Origin: Tubulanus polymorphus
Lineage: Eukaryota; Animalia; Nemertea
Assembly: GCF_964204645.1 (NCBI RefSeq)
Contig: NC_134035.1
Location: 7,534,451 to 7,598,450 of the forward strand
Reading direction: 5' to 3'
DNA length: 64,000 bases
The notes beneath the pieces are model-generated. The model was given only the letters and a program-made list of their open reading frames with translations, searched no databases and was not told where the DNA came from. Shown piece by piece: positions 63,870-64,000 of this stretch (position 1 is its first letter; every line of letters begins with the position of its first letter). The position numbers and the translations under genes are program-made.

Positions 63870-64000
63870 ATGGGAGGTGAAAAGAAAATAAAATCTAAAA
63901 ATGGTGATGTTACAATTGAAAAAACTTTAGATGATTTAGGAATAACAGAAACAAAATTAACTCCAGATGATGGTGCTTTAAATAATGTTACAACAAATAA
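63870..64000 (+). CDS. Polinton accessory gene, 5' part (runs off the window)
   Basis: TAAATG start; MGGEKKIKSKNGDVTIEKTLDDLG, homologous to the ORF at 27037. Confidence 0.75.
   Translation, partial: MGGEKKIKSKNGDVTIEKTLDDLGITETKLTPDDGALNNVTTN

Larger units (their letters stand above)
48740..63872. promoter_or_regulatory. Recurrent poxvirus-late-like promoter/initiator AAT(T)4-7..TAAAT(G) at Polinton gene starts
   Basis: TAAATG overlaps the ATG in 12 of 13 genes. A T-run begins exactly 13 nt before TAAAT at 48756, 55189, 55958, 56315, 56561, 57003, 57454, 58859 and 60550, and in degenerate form at 63870. Confidence 0.75.
48671..64000 (+). mobile_element. Near-intact Polinton/Maverick (adintovirus-like) endogenous DNA virus; right end outside the window
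   Basis: Abrupt switch to very AT-rich, intronless, gene-dense DNA. Encodes pPolB, minor and major capsid proteins, rve integrase and an A32-like ATPase. The AGT terminus matches the termini at 28636 and 32067. Confidence 0.95.

Overview
This is eukaryotic (invertebrate animal-like) genomic DNA, with intron-rich host genes, a dense transposon load and three pieces of one Polinton/Maverick (adintovirus-like) endogenous DNA virus family. Host genes: the 3' end of a cysteine-rich surface protein, a LicD/fukutin-family gene split by a LINE, a DEG/ENaC channel with a ~430-aa extracellular insertion, an intronless peptide-type GPCR, and a kringle/sushi mosaic protein on the minus strand. Viral pieces: a decayed right half (22.6-28.6 kb), a decayed pPolB fragment with a 400-bp fold-back end (30.4-32.1 kb), and a near-intact element from 48671 that runs off the window. 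The near-intact element has three unusual features. (i) Its protein-primed PolB carries a full 355-aa LAGLIDADG intein inserted in the catalytic YxD/TD motif. (ii) It encodes a zinc-finger protein fused to a poxvirus A2/VLTF3-like late transcription factor. (iii) 12 of its 13 genes start at TAAATG, and most gene starts have a T-run fixed 13 nt upstream of TAAAT, matching poxvirus late-promoter architecture. Together these suggest, as an inference, a virophage-like Polinton that depends on a poxvirus-like or other nucleocytovirus helper in an animal host. All family assignments come from recognising motifs by eye; no searches were run.
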